In this document: positions 1-9,493 of the stretch, one piece after another
Layout: each line of letters starts with the position of its first letter
Position numbering within the stretch: position 1 is the stretch's first letter
DNA from: Candidatus Bathyarchaeota archaeon
Lineage (GTDB): Archaea > Thermoproteota > Bathyarchaeia > 40CM-2-53-6
Direction: 5' to 3'
DNA length: 64,000 nt
Assembly: GCA_963726255.1 (NCBI GenBank)
Contig: CAVSBL010000002.1
Location: 2,144,001 to 2,208,000 of the forward strand
The notes under the pieces: model-generated
Database searches by the model: none
What the model saw: the letters and a program-made list of their open reading frames with translations, nothing else
What the model was told of the DNA's origin: nothing
Program-made: the position numbers and the translations under genes

Positions 1-918
1 CTCTTCATGATGTTCTATAACAGGTCGCTCAGGACAAGGAATTCTTTCGAGGCCGGAATGTATCAGCTCGGCGGTCACGCGCACTTTCTTAGCCCACAGG
101 ATGTGTATACCCCCGCGTTGCCGGAAGATATGGTCGCGTACCAGACTGAGGCCATCTCTGACGTTTCCCGCGTCCTAAGCAGGTACGGAGACGCGATTGC
201 GATTAGAATCTATGGTGATGCCGCGAAATGGAACATAGGCAGGGGCCACAAGGTTGTACAGGAATTTGCCAAATACGCAACAATCCCCGTGCTAAACATG
301 GAAGACGATATGTATCACCCCTTTCAAGCACTCGCCGACGCGCAGGCTATGAGAAACGCTATTCCAAAGCTTCAAGGAAAGAAACTCGTAGTTTCCTACG
401 CCTACTCCGGCGGGCTGAAGCCGCTCGCTGTCCCTCAAAGTGAGGTTCTGATTGGAACACAGCTTGGAATGGATGTCGTTCTCGCGCACCCGCATGGTTT
501 CGAGCTGGAAGACGTCGCACTTGATGCCGCGAAGGCGAATGCGGATAGATATGGCGGCGGATTCCACGTAGTGAATGATATGAAAGAAGCGTTCAATGGC
601 GCTGATGTTGTGTACCCGAAGGCTTGGTCTCCGAAGAACTATTTCCCACCCCACAGCGGCGCCTTAGATAAGGACGGTGCAACCAGCTACCAGGACAAGT
701 TCAAGGACTGGATTTGTACCCAGAAGATGATGGACCTTACGAAGAAGGGCAAGTATATGCACTGCGGCCCGGCCGACCGAGGCCAAGAAGTTACTGACGA
801 AGTAATCGACAACGAGAGTTATTCACTGTACTTCGAACAAGCCGAAAACAGGCTACACGCCCAAAAGGCCGTAATGGCCATGGTCATGGGAGATCGCCGC
901 GGTCCACGTCGAAAGTAA
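1..918 (+). CDS. YgeW-like (knotted) carbamoyltransferase, OTCase/ATCase family; 5'-truncated by window edge
   Basis: SLRT carbamoyl-phosphate motif, HPFQ, YAYSGGLKPLAVPQ, DVVYPKAW and MHCGP motifs resembling YgeW/N-acyl-ornithine transcarbamylases; frame open to base 1. Confidence 0.8.
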   Translation, partial: LFMMFYNRSLRTRNSFEAGMYQLGGHAHFLSPQDVYTPALPEDMVAYQTEAISDVSRVLSRYGDAIAIRIYGDAAKWNIGRGHKVVQEFAKYATIPVLNMEDDMYHPFQALADAQAMRNAIPKLQGKKLVVSYAYSGGLKPLAVPQSEVLIGTQLGMDVVLAHPHGFELEDVALDAAKANADRYGGGFHVVNDMKEAFNGADVVYPKAWSPKNYFPPHSGALDKDGATSYQDKFKDWICTQKMMDLTKKGKYMHCGPADRGQEVTDEVIDNESYSLYFEQAENRLHAQKAVMAMVMGDRRGPRRK

Positions 919-978
919 CGGCACGGAGAATTTGACAATCAGGTCCCTCTGTGAGAGCTCCGAAGAAACGGTACCTGT

Positions 979-1476
979 ATGACTAAAGCTAAACCCAGTT
1001 CAATCGTGCTTGCAAACTGGGGAAGGCGATTCATCGCATGGTTAATCGATTATGTCACCATAAATGTGATGCTCGCATATTTCAGAGTAGAAGACATAGA
1101 GTCACGACTTATCCCAATAATCCTCTTGCCTCGCCTACCAGGGTTTGACATCTCAATCTGGTCCCCCATCTCAGTGTTGACCTTCTTTCTCTACTGGTCT
1201 CTATCGGAATGGTACTTCGGAAGGTCGATTGGGCAATTATTGCTGAACATTAGACTTGCTGACATGCAGGGAAGAAGGCCCAGTCTGGTCGCTTCAGGAA
1301 TCCAGAGCGTCGGAAAGTCTCTCCTACTTCCTCTAGATTGTGTGATCGGTTGGGCCTACCCTTCATGCCGGAAACATAGACAACGGTTCTTCAACATGCT
1401 GTCTAATACTATTGTCATATACATTGGGACGCCGATGCACGCCCTCAAGCAAGGAGATTACACAAGAGAAGCTTGA
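979..1476 (+). CDS. RDD family membrane protein
   Basis: LANWGRRFIAWLID and GRSIGQLLLNIRL motifs, hydrophobic segments. Confidence 0.85.
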   Translation: MTKAKPSSIVLANWGRRFIAWLIDYVTINVMLAYFRVEDIESRLIPIILLPRLPGFDISIWSPISVLTFFLYWSLSEWYFGRSIGQLLLNIRLADMQGRRPSLVASGIQSVGKSLLLPLDCVIGWAYPSCRKHRQRFFNMLSNTIVIYIGTPMHALKQGDYTREA

Positions 1477-1563
1477 ATTCCAACCGCTGGAACAGAGAAT
1501 CAGTCTCGATAGGACAAGGGTTGGACTTATAATTCGTAAGTACAAACGGTAAGTGGAAACAGC

Positions 1564-2511
1564 ATGGCAGAATATGACATAATCATAATCGGTTCTGGTC
1601 CAGCAGGACTCACAGCAGCAATCTACGCTGGCCGCGCACTTGTCAAGACTCTCGTCGTCGCGGGAAGGATGTCAGGCGGCCAACTCATGCTTACGAGCGG
1701 CGTGGAAAATTTCCCAGGGTTCTCCGACGGAATACAAGGCCCCACCCTCATGGAGGAGATGAGGAAACAGGCTGAGCGGTTTGGGGCGGGGTTTCTTGAT
1801 GACGATGTTGAATCGGTAGATTTTTCGCGTAAGCCGTTCCAAGTTAACGTCGGGGGCAAGGTTCACCATTCAAAAGCGGTGATCATAGCGACGGGGTCAT
1901 CGGCCAAATGGTTGGGCCTAACTTCCGAAGAGAAGTTGCGTGGCCGAGGCGTTTCCAGCTGTGCAACGTGCGACGGCTATTTCTTTAGAGGAAAGCGAGT
2001 CGTCGTCGTTGGCGGTGGAGACACGGCGATCGAAGAGGCCCTTTTCTTAACCAAATTCGCGACCGAAGTTGTCGTTATTCATAGACGCGACCAGCTGCGT
2101 GCCAGCAAAATAATGCAAAGGAGAGCGCTATCCAACGACAGGATCAGGTTCCTCTGGAACTCAGTGATCGAAGATATCCTCGGAAAGCAAAGTGTCGAAG
2201 GCGTAAGGGTCAGAAACGTCGAGACAGGTGAGCAATCAATTGCCGCATGTGATGGCGTCTTTGTGGCAATCGGGTTTCAACCCAACACGAAGATCTTCGG
2301 AAGCCAAATACGGCTTGATGAGAAGGGCTACATCCTTTCTGGGGACGGGACGAAGACCTCCGTGGATGGTGTATTTGTCGCAGGAGACGTGCATGATTTC
2401 AAGTACCGCCAAGCCATCACGGCAGCCGGCGAAGGTTGTAAGGTAGCCATGGATGCGCTTGCTTACCTGGAAGAGCAGAAAGAATTGACTTTAACGGCCC
2501 CACAGAAGTAA
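1564..2511 (+). CDS. trxB: Thioredoxin reductase
   Basis: GSGPAG FAD motif, CATCD active site, GGGDTA NADPH motif. Confidence 0.97.
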   Translation: MAEYDIIIIGSGPAGLTAAIYAGRALVKTLVVAGRMSGGQLMLTSGVENFPGFSDGIQGPTLMEEMRKQAERFGAGFLDDDVESVDFSRKPFQVNVGGKVHHSKAVIIATGSSAKWLGLTSEEKLRGRGVSSCATCDGYFFRGKRVVVVGGGDTAIEEALFLTKFATEVVVIHRRDQLRASKIMQRRALSNDRIRFLWNSVIEDILGKQSVEGVRVRNVETGEQSIAACDGVFVAIGFQPNTKIFGSQIRLDEKGYILSGDGTKTSVDGVFVAGDVHDFKYRQAITAAGEGCKVAMDALAYLEEQKELTLTAPQK

Positions 2512-2570
2512 TCTAGACCCCCAATATTCTAGGTTAGAACATCCCCGCATCACTCAGGCGGGGCTTTGAA

Positions 2571-3824
2571 TTGAAGGCCATTGTTCGGTGGTCGAATGGA
2601 GTAGCCTTACGCTACGGGGAAACCAAGCTGCTATTCGACCCTGTCGAAAGCGACCCTGCTATCCCAGACGTTTTCATAACTCACGCCCATTACGATCACT
2701 GCAAAGGCTTTCAGTTCCCAACCCAAAAGAAGTACTCGACTAAGGAAACACGTGAGCTCTACGAGGCCGACAGTAGCCGCAAGGTTGGGGACTGGCAGCA
2801 GGTTCGATTAGGACGCCGTCTGAAACTCGGAGAAGTCGAGGTCGAAGCGCATGAAGCTGGGCATGTGTTGGGCGCGGTTCAATACGAGGTTATCACGCCG
2901 GAAGGTAGTATCGTCTATGCCAGCCACATCAATTTCGTTGACACGCTTCTAACTCACGCTGCCGGCGTAGCTCCATGCGAACTTCTAATCATCGAGACAA
3001 CACTAGCTTCCCCTTCACGAGTCCTTCCGAAACGAGAGTCGACGGTTGCTGAGATAGTAAAATGGGCTTTAGAATGCATTAAGGAGAGGAGAATTCCTGC
3101 ATTCATAACTGATCCGATTGGCAATTCTCAGGAACTCCTGAAAATCTTCAACAACTGGACTGAGTTGCCCGTCATAGTTCACCCGCGAATAGCCCGCGTC
3201 AACAAGGTCTACGAGAATAATGGCGTGGCACTACGTTACACAGATTCTTCGACTCCGGAATCGCAGAGCCTGATTGAGACCGCTCAGTGCATAGTCGTAG
3301 TCCCCAGGGGGTTTGACACGAGCCGTTTTGGGGATTTCAGAACCGCCATCGTCTCAAGCTGGGCAAGTAGAGTTGACGATGCGGATGGAAAGGGCTTCCA
3401 GTTAAGCGATCAAGCAGACTTCAATCAGTTGCTACAGTTTGTGCAAGAAGCAAGGCCTAAGAATGTACTCACGTTTCGCGGAGCGAGTAAACTTTTCGCG
3501 CAAACGGTCTCTCGGAGACTTGGGATAGCCGCCAACGAATTGGCAGCGAACATCAGCCGTCCCAAACCGCCTAAACTGAGGTTAGATGAAAGTCGAATTG
3601 GAAAATGCCAAGATGTTCTGCTGGATGCGATTCAAATTCCGAATTTCACCTATGAGAAGAGAGGCCTCCTCGCGTTGGGAATCAAGGAAGGTTTCAAGGG
3701 TCCGGAGGTTGAGGAGGCATTGCTCAGGCTAACCAAGGACGGGGTTCTGAATTATTCAGAGTTACTTGACGGGTACAATCGGTTGGCCGATCGCGACTCG
3801 AAACGAACAGCCGAACAAGACTAA
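2571..3824 (+). CDS. MBL-fold/beta-CASP exonuclease-like protein with C-terminal helical/wHTH-like extension
   Basis: THAHYDH, AGHVLGA, IIETT motifs; later motifs degenerate (YASH, SDQAD). Confidence 0.75.
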   Translation: MKAIVRWSNGVALRYGETKLLFDPVESDPAIPDVFITHAHYDHCKGFQFPTQKKYSTKETRELYEADSSRKVGDWQQVRLGRRLKLGEVEVEAHEAGHVLGAVQYEVITPEGSIVYASHINFVDTLLTHAAGVAPCELLIIETTLASPSRVLPKRESTVAEIVKWALECIKERRIPAFITDPIGNSQELLKIFNNWTELPVIVHPRIARVNKVYENNGVALRYTDSSTPESQSLIETAQCIVVVPRGFDTSRFGDFRTAIVSSWASRVDDADGKGFQLSDQADFNQLLQFVQEARPKNVLTFRGASKLFAQTVSRRLGIAANELAANISRPKPPKLRLDESRIGKCQDVLLDAIQIPNFTYEKRGLLALGIKEGFKGPEVEEALLRLTKDGVLNYSELLDGYNRLADRDSKRTAEQD

Positions 3825-3936
3825 AGGCCGAGGCCTTTGAGGAGAAACTTGTGCTGGCAGTAGGGGCAGTGATGGGTTTCGCAGGAATCGTCTGGCCGCA
3901 ATAGGCACATCTAATGTATGGTGAACCAAATGACAT
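3821..3936 (-). pseudogene. Frameshifted double zinc-ribbon microprotein (MSFGSPYIRCAYCGQTIP / ETHHCPYCQHKFLLKGLGL*)
   Basis: CxxCG in one frame and CPYC in the -1 frame; TAG overlaps the convergent gene's stop by 4 nt. Confidence 0.5.
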
Positions 3937-4083
3937 TTGTGACCAACAGAAAAGCCGTTGGTAGTTTTCATTTTGAGATTTCTTTACTATATCTGCCAAC
4001 CTTCGCTCTTATTGTGACACAGTAATTACAAGGTCTAGGCAAGGTTACACGGCGCTCAGAAAGCCTGAAATTCACATCGTTTC

Positions 4084-5439
4084 ATGCAGCATCCATGTGA
4101 CATGACGTTGGACCAAGCAGTTCTGAAGGAGTCGGGATACGTCAAACGAACTCCGATGTCCCGTGCGATGTTCGAGCGTGCCAAACGGGTTGAGCCCGCC
4201 GGAATTTCATATAAGAACAGAGACTTCGAACCATACCCATTCTTCGTCAAGGAAGCTAAAGGTGCGAAGCTTACTGACGTCGACGGAAACACGTACACTG
4301 ACTACTGGTGTACGCATTTCGCAATGATTCTCGGGCATGCACACCCAATCGTAATGCAAGCCATTAAGACGCAAGTAGAGAGGGGCTGGCATTTCGGCCT
4401 CGCCCACGAATTCGAAGTGACACTCTCAGAAACAATAACGAAAAATGTCCCAAGCGCTGAGCTAGTTCGTTACACAAGTTCCGGTAGCGAAGCAAATTTC
4501 TTCGCGATTCGCTTAGCGAGAACCTTCACTAAGCGAGACAAGATTGCCAAGCTGGAAGGCTGTTGGCACGGCGCCTACGATCCTCTCCACCTTGGCGTGA
4601 GGCCTCCCCTAGACAAGCCCTTGTCAGGTGGAATCACGAAGGCATCACAGCAGGATACCATACTGGCTCCCTACAACGACCTCGAAGGCTTCCTCAAGCG
4701 CATTGCGCGGGAGAAATTGGCATGCGTAATCCTAGAGCCAGTCCTGGGCGCGGGTGGAATGATACCTGCCGAGAAGGCCTTTCTCGAAGGGCTAAGGGCG
4801 TACTGCGACGACACTGGTGCCTTAATGATCTTTGACGAAGTAATCACTGGATTCCGGCTTGGTTTAGCTGGAGCACAAGGATGCTTCGGCGTGAAACCGG
4901 ACATCACCGTAATGGGCAAGATCATTGGCGGTGGACTGCCAATTGGCGCGCTCTGCGGCCGACGCGATATAATGGAGCGAATGGATCACACGAAATACAC
5001 GGGTTCAGACTACGCTTACCACGGAGGGACCTTTGCGGGCAATGCGATCACGCTTGCTGCAGGCCTCGCGACAATAAATGTCTTGCAACATTCGCCAGTG
5101 TACGAGCATGTTAACCGACTAGGACAAGAAACTCGCCACACACTGAACAGAATATTTGAACAGAACGCATTTCCAGCACACGCGACTGGGATAGGTTCAC
5201 TTTTCGCCATTCACCTGACCCGAGAGCGTCCGATACGGGACGCAAAGAGCTACGCTAACAGCGACCATGAACTCTCCAAGAAACTTTTCAGCCATTTGAT
5301 TGAGAGCGAGATCCTAATGATCGTACCCGAGATGCTACACGGAGCTATCAGCTATGCGCACACCGACTCTGACGTTAAACACTTGAGTTCCGCTGTAGAG
5401 GAATTCGTGAAAGGCAACAACCGAAGAGGGACGCCCTAG
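4084..5439 (+). CDS. Class III PLP aminotransferase, glutamate-1-semialdehyde aminomutase (HemL)-like
   Basis: DVDGNTYTDY, SGSEA, FDEVITGFR, MGKIIGGG (PLP Lys), HGGTF. Confidence 0.85.
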   Translation: MQHPCDMTLDQAVLKESGYVKRTPMSRAMFERAKRVEPAGISYKNRDFEPYPFFVKEAKGAKLTDVDGNTYTDYWCTHFAMILGHAHPIVMQAIKTQVERGWHFGLAHEFEVTLSETITKNVPSAELVRYTSSGSEANFFAIRLARTFTKRDKIAKLEGCWHGAYDPLHLGVRPPLDKPLSGGITKASQQDTILAPYNDLEGFLKRIAREKLACVILEPVLGAGGMIPAEKAFLEGLRAYCDDTGALMIFDEVITGFRLGLAGAQGCFGVKPDITVMGKIIGGGLPIGALCGRRDIMERMDHTKYTGSDYAYHGGTFAGNAITLAAGLATINVLQHSPVYEHVNRLGQETRHTLNRIFEQNAFPAHATGIGSLFAIHLTRERPIRDAKSYANSDHELSKKLFSHLIESEILMIVPEMLHGAISYAHTDSDVKHLSSAVEEFVKGNNRRGTP

Positions 5440-6476
5440 AAAGTCTTCAGCATCACAGACCGGTCCTGTTCTGGCAGATTCTGACAGGGTGGGAACGGAG
5501 GCAGGTCCAACATTGTTCTCAACCCCGGTTGCAGGCTAATGACTTTCAGGATTGAATTGACTACTATGGCAGGGGTCGCTCGGTCTCCTTGCACTCCGCC
5601 GCGTATCACCATATCTACTGGAGGGATGCCGTCGAGTAGTACAGAGTCATGGGGATTCTCTGCACCAAGGTACATTCGCAGGTCTAGGACTACTAGTTCT
5701 TGACCCGCGAGAATGCCCTTCGCGACTTGGCGGACCCCTGCTACGGAACCGGCTGGGACCGTCACGTAATCGCTCTTCGCTTCCTTCTCCGCGACGACAG
5801 GGCTAATCCTCTCCTGAATTTCTCCTACCTTCCAACCCATAGCCAGAGCGATGAGGCCCACTGACTCAGGTAAACCCACATGCTTTATGGTTCCCTCGGC
5901 CACTTTCTTCTCAAATTCGCTCGGTGACAGGCCTGCTCCAATTTTCTTCTGCAACGGCAGTCTGCGCCTCGATGCGTCCACGACGCGTTCGGCGCGAATG
6001 GAATTCACTTTTTGACAAACGCCGCTCAACGCGACTGCCAAAGTGTCTAGGAGGAAGCCTGGGTTAATGCCAGTTCCGAGGACTATAACTCCCTTATCGC
6101 GCGCACGCTCGTCGATCTCCTTTGCCATCTCAAGATACTTGACAAATGGATATGACAATTCCTCAGCGGTCGATACAACACTCGTTCCATGCTCGATAAG
6201 CTGAATGATCTGTGGATGAATCGTCTTCATGTAGGAAGAAGTAGCGTGAGTTACAATTTGTGGCGAGGTCTGCTTGAGGACTTTTTCCACTCTGTCAGTT
6301 ACCGTCACACCAATTTTTCTCGGTTTCTCTAGTAACTCTCCAACGTCTTTTCCGACTTTGTTCTTGTCGATGTCGATAGCCCCGACCAGTTGGACCCAGG
6401 GTCGGGTAAGAAGAACTTCAACTATCCCTAGTCCAATTGGGCCTAGGCCATATTGAACGATCTTGATGTTCTTCAA
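5436..6476 (-). CDS. NAD(P)-dependent amine dehydrogenase, 2,4-diaminopentanoate dehydrogenase/DapB-like family
   Basis: YGLGPIG Rossmann, STAEE, GTGINPGF, GDRATPAIVVN. Confidence 0.8.
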   Translation of the reverse strand: MKNIKIVQYGLGPIGLGIVEVLLTRPWVQLVGAIDIDKNKVGKDVGELLEKPRKIGVTVTDRVEKVLKQTSPQIVTHATSSYMKTIHPQIIQLIEHGTSVVSTAEELSYPFVKYLEMAKEIDERARDKGVIVLGTGINPGFLLDTLAVALSGVCQKVNSIRAERVVDASRRRLPLQKKIGAGLSPSEFEKKVAEGTIKHVGLPESVGLIALAMGWKVGEIQERISPVVAEKEAKSDYVTVPAGSVAGVRQVAKGILAGQELVVLDLRMYLGAENPHDSVLLDGIPPVDMVIRGGVQGDRATPAIVVNSILKVISLQPGLRTMLDLPPFPPCQNLPEQDRSVMLKTF

Positions 6477-6610
6477 TCGCTAACTCCCTGCCTTCTCACT
6501 TGGCGGGTCTATTCAAGGGCCTATGTAAAAGACATTCAATGACCGCACATACAATAAACGCGAAACCTCTTTTAGCCCTCCTAGGGCCGTCGCTATCTGG
6601 TAGTAACCCG

Positions 6611-8644
6611 TTGCTTGCCACGCTGTTGGATCTTGCACACCGCGTGAACTACGACCTTATGCCGGCCTTCACAGCCCTTCTGATGTATTCGATTCTCACA
6701 GTGTTCGCCGTAGTATTCCTCTACGGCGTCTACAGGCGCTTGCGCATCTACTTCAGAGGAGCTCCTCCTCCAAAGTTTGACCACCTTAAGGAGCGGGTCC
6801 TCAAGGCAGTAGCAAACGCGTTCATGCAGAGAAAAGTCTTGAAGAAGAAGTACCCCGGCATCATGCACCTTCTCATTTACTCTGGCATAATCGTACTCTT
6901 GATAGGGACGACTTTAGTGTTCCTTGATTCTGACATCTGGGAGACCATCCTCCATAGTCAAATCCTAGTCGGCAGTTTCTATCTCTTCTTTGAACTCTTC
7001 TTGGACGCTTTCGGCCTCGTCGCCATAGCTGGCCTGTTAATCGCGATCTTCAGAAGGGCTATTTCGAGGCCACCGAACCTGCCCACCTCTCGTGGTGATA
7101 TCTACATCTTTTCGGTTCTCTTGGTTATCCTGACAACGGGTTACGTGTTGGAAGCGATTCGACTCGCCGTTGATAAGCCGCCTTGGGCGCAGTGGTCGTT
7201 TGTCGGCTACCAACTTTCCCTCTTGCTGATAGGCCGTGGGCTCGACACTCAGGGAATCATGACCTTTTACCGAGGGCTGTGGTGGTTCCACGCTCTCCTT
7301 GCGTTTACGGCCGTTGCAACCATTCCGTACACGAAACTCTTTCACCTCATCACTTCACCGCTGAATGCTCTCTTCGGACACTTGCGACCGAAAGGCCAAC
7401 TCAGCACTCCATTTGACCTGAAACAGCTGTTGGCTTCAGGCAACTTCGACATCAAGGTCGGAGCGGCGGCTATTACTGACTTCTCTTGGCAACAGAGGCT
7501 GACATTTGACTCGTGCACTTCATGCGGGCGGTGCACTAACGCCTGTCCCGCAACTGCTGCTGGTACTCTTCTCTCTCCTATGCACCTGATCCTGAAGCTT
7601 AGGGACGTGATGCTCGCGCAAAAGGCGACTGACGGCGGAAGCGTCGTGGTACCAGAGGTCGTCAACCCGGAAGAACTCTGGGCATGCACAACCTGTAGAG
7701 CATGCGTTAACGAATGCCCAGTTCTCATCGACCACGTCGACGCCATAGTCGATATGAGACGGCACTTAGTCGGGGAAGGAAAACTCGATCGGGGCAAAAA
7801 GGATCTGCTCACGAACCTAAACAACGTTTCCAACCCCTACGGCTTGCCACGATCGGACCGCATGAAATGGGCCGAAGGCCTCGACGTGAAGACTGTCAAG
7901 GAGCAACCGGAATTCGACGTACTCTACTGGGTTGGCTGCTCCGGGTCGTATGACCCCAGGAACCAAGACGTATCGAGGGCCATCGTGAAGATACTGAAGG
8001 CGGCCGGAGTGCGTTTTGCTGTCCTCGGAAACGAAGAGAAATGCAACTGCGAGGTAGCCCGACGGCTAGGGGAAGAGGGGCGTTTTCAGCAAGCGGCTCT
8101 GGAACTTGTGGACTTATTCAGGAAATATAACGTCAAGGCAGTTCTTACGCAATGCCCCCATTGTTTCAACACTTTCAAGAACGAGTACCCGCAGTTCGGC
8201 GCTGACCTGCAAGTGATGCACCACTCACAATTCATCGCCCAACTTATTGCGACTGGGAGGTTGAAAGTCAAGAAAAGCCTCCAGGGGAACGTAACGTTCC
8301 ATGACCCGTGCTACCTCGGGCGGTACAATAACATCTTTGATTCGCCTAGAGAGGTCATAACTTCCATCAGCCCAACACAGATCATGGAGATGCCGAGGTC
8401 TCGCGAAAACAATTTCTGTTGCGGTGCGGGCGGAGCAAACTTCTGGTATAAGGTCGAGCAGAAGAAGAAAATCGGTGTAATACGTTTCGAGGAGGTACAA
8501 CAAGTGAGCGCCAACACATTAGCGACTGCCTGTCCATTCTGCACCTCGATGCTCGAGGATGCGTCGGTTGCACTGGGTGCCAAAGGTACTGTTGCGGTGA
8601 GGGACATCGCCGAACTTGTTGCAGACCAACTTGAGAATTCCTAA
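6611..8644 (+). CDS. Membrane Fe-S oxidoreductase, FadF/HdrDE-like (heme b TM domain + 2x[4Fe-4S] + 2 CCG domains); start approximate
   Basis: TM helices with His ligands (MHLLI, WFHAL, LFHL), CTSCGRCTNACP, CTTCRACVNECP, CPHC, HDPCYLGR, CCGAGG, CPFC. Confidence 0.9.
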   Translation: MLATLLDLAHRVNYDLMPAFTALLMYSILTVFAVVFLYGVYRRLRIYFRGAPPPKFDHLKERVLKAVANAFMQRKVLKKKYPGIMHLLIYSGIIVLLIGTTLVFLDSDIWETILHSQILVGSFYLFFELFLDAFGLVAIAGLLIAIFRRAISRPPNLPTSRGDIYIFSVLLVILTTGYVLEAIRLAVDKPPWAQWSFVGYQLSLLLIGRGLDTQGIMTFYRGLWWFHALLAFTAVATIPYTKLFHLITSPLNALFGHLRPKGQLSTPFDLKQLLASGNFDIKVGAAAITDFSWQQRLTFDSCTSCGRCTNACPATAAGTLLSPMHLILKLRDVMLAQKATDGGSVVVPEVVNPEELWACTTCRACVNECPVLIDHVDAIVDMRRHLVGEGKLDRGKKDLLTNLNNVSNPYGLPRSDRMKWAEGLDVKTVKEQPEFDVLYWVGCSGSYDPRNQDVSRAIVKILKAAGVRFAVLGNEEKCNCEVARRLGEEGRFQQAALELVDLFRKYNVKAVLTQCPHCFNTFKNEYPQFGADLQVMHHSQFIAQLIATGRLKVKKSLQGNVTFHDPCYLGRYNNIFDSPREVITSISPTQIMEMPRSRENNFCCGAGGANFWYKVEQKKKIGVIRFEEVQQVSANTLATACPFCTSMLEDASVALGAKGTVAVRDIAELVADQLENS

Positions 8645-8690
8645 CCTTTTAATGCGATTGTAAGTTGAGGGAAACTAATTCATTCTGTGA

Positions 8691-9491
8691 TTGGCGATGG
8701 TAAACATCATCGTACTCGTGAAACAGGTTCTACAAACAGCAGACCTCAAAGTCGACAAGAACACTAAGACAATAATGACGCAGGGTGTTCCCCGCGTTAT
8801 TAGTGAAACGGACAAGAATGCAATCGAGGAAGCCGTCAGGCTCAAAGAAAAACACGGAGGAAAAATCACCGCGATAAGCTTAGGCCCGCCAGAAGCAAAA
8901 GAGGCGCTGAGGGAAGCCTTGGCAATGGGTGCTGACGAAGCCTGCCTGCTAACCGACCCATTGTTCGAAGGCTCTGACGCCCACGCGACCGCCAATGTCC
9001 TGGCCGCCGCTGTCACGAAGATACTTGATTATGACCTAATCATCTGCGGTGCCTACTCAGAGGACCTCTTCGCATTCCAAATCGGACCGAGACTTGCCGA
9101 GATGTGTAATCTGCCACAGCTAACTTACGCTACCAAAATCACGCTGGAAGCAGGGAAAGTGATCGTTGAAAGGGACCTAGAAAACGAACGGCAGATTGTA
9201 GAGAGTCCGCTCCCCTGCTTGGTCAGCGTCGTCAGGGAAATCAATGAGCCGAGGCTTCCGACGCTTATGGCAATAATGGCCGCCTCCAAGAAACCTACGA
9301 ACACATGGACAGCCGCGGACCTAAGCCTCGGGGCAGATGAGTTAGGTTTCAACGGGTCCCTTGTAGAGGTTCTGCGCAGCACCGTCTCCGTAGGAGAGAG
9401 AAAGCGCATGATGCTTCAAGGGGAGCCAAAGGAGATTAGTGCGAAACTTGCGAAGGCGCTTGTTCAAGAGGGAGTTCTGAAGGCGAGCTAG
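8691..9491 (+). CDS. etfB: Electron transfer flavoprotein beta subunit
   Basis: VLVKQV, NAIEEAVRLKE, LAMGAD, INEPRLP. Confidence 0.95.
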   Translation: MAMVNIIVLVKQVLQTADLKVDKNTKTIMTQGVPRVISETDKNAIEEAVRLKEKHGGKITAISLGPPEAKEALREALAMGADEACLLTDPLFEGSDAHATANVLAAAVTKILDYDLIICGAYSEDLFAFQIGPRLAEMCNLPQLTYATKITLEAGKVIVERDLENERQIVESPLPCLVSVVREINEPRLPTLMAIMAASKKPTNTWTAADLSLGADELGFNGSLVEVLRSTVSVGERKRMMLQGEPKEISAKLAKALVQEGVLKAS

Positions 9492-9493
9492 CT

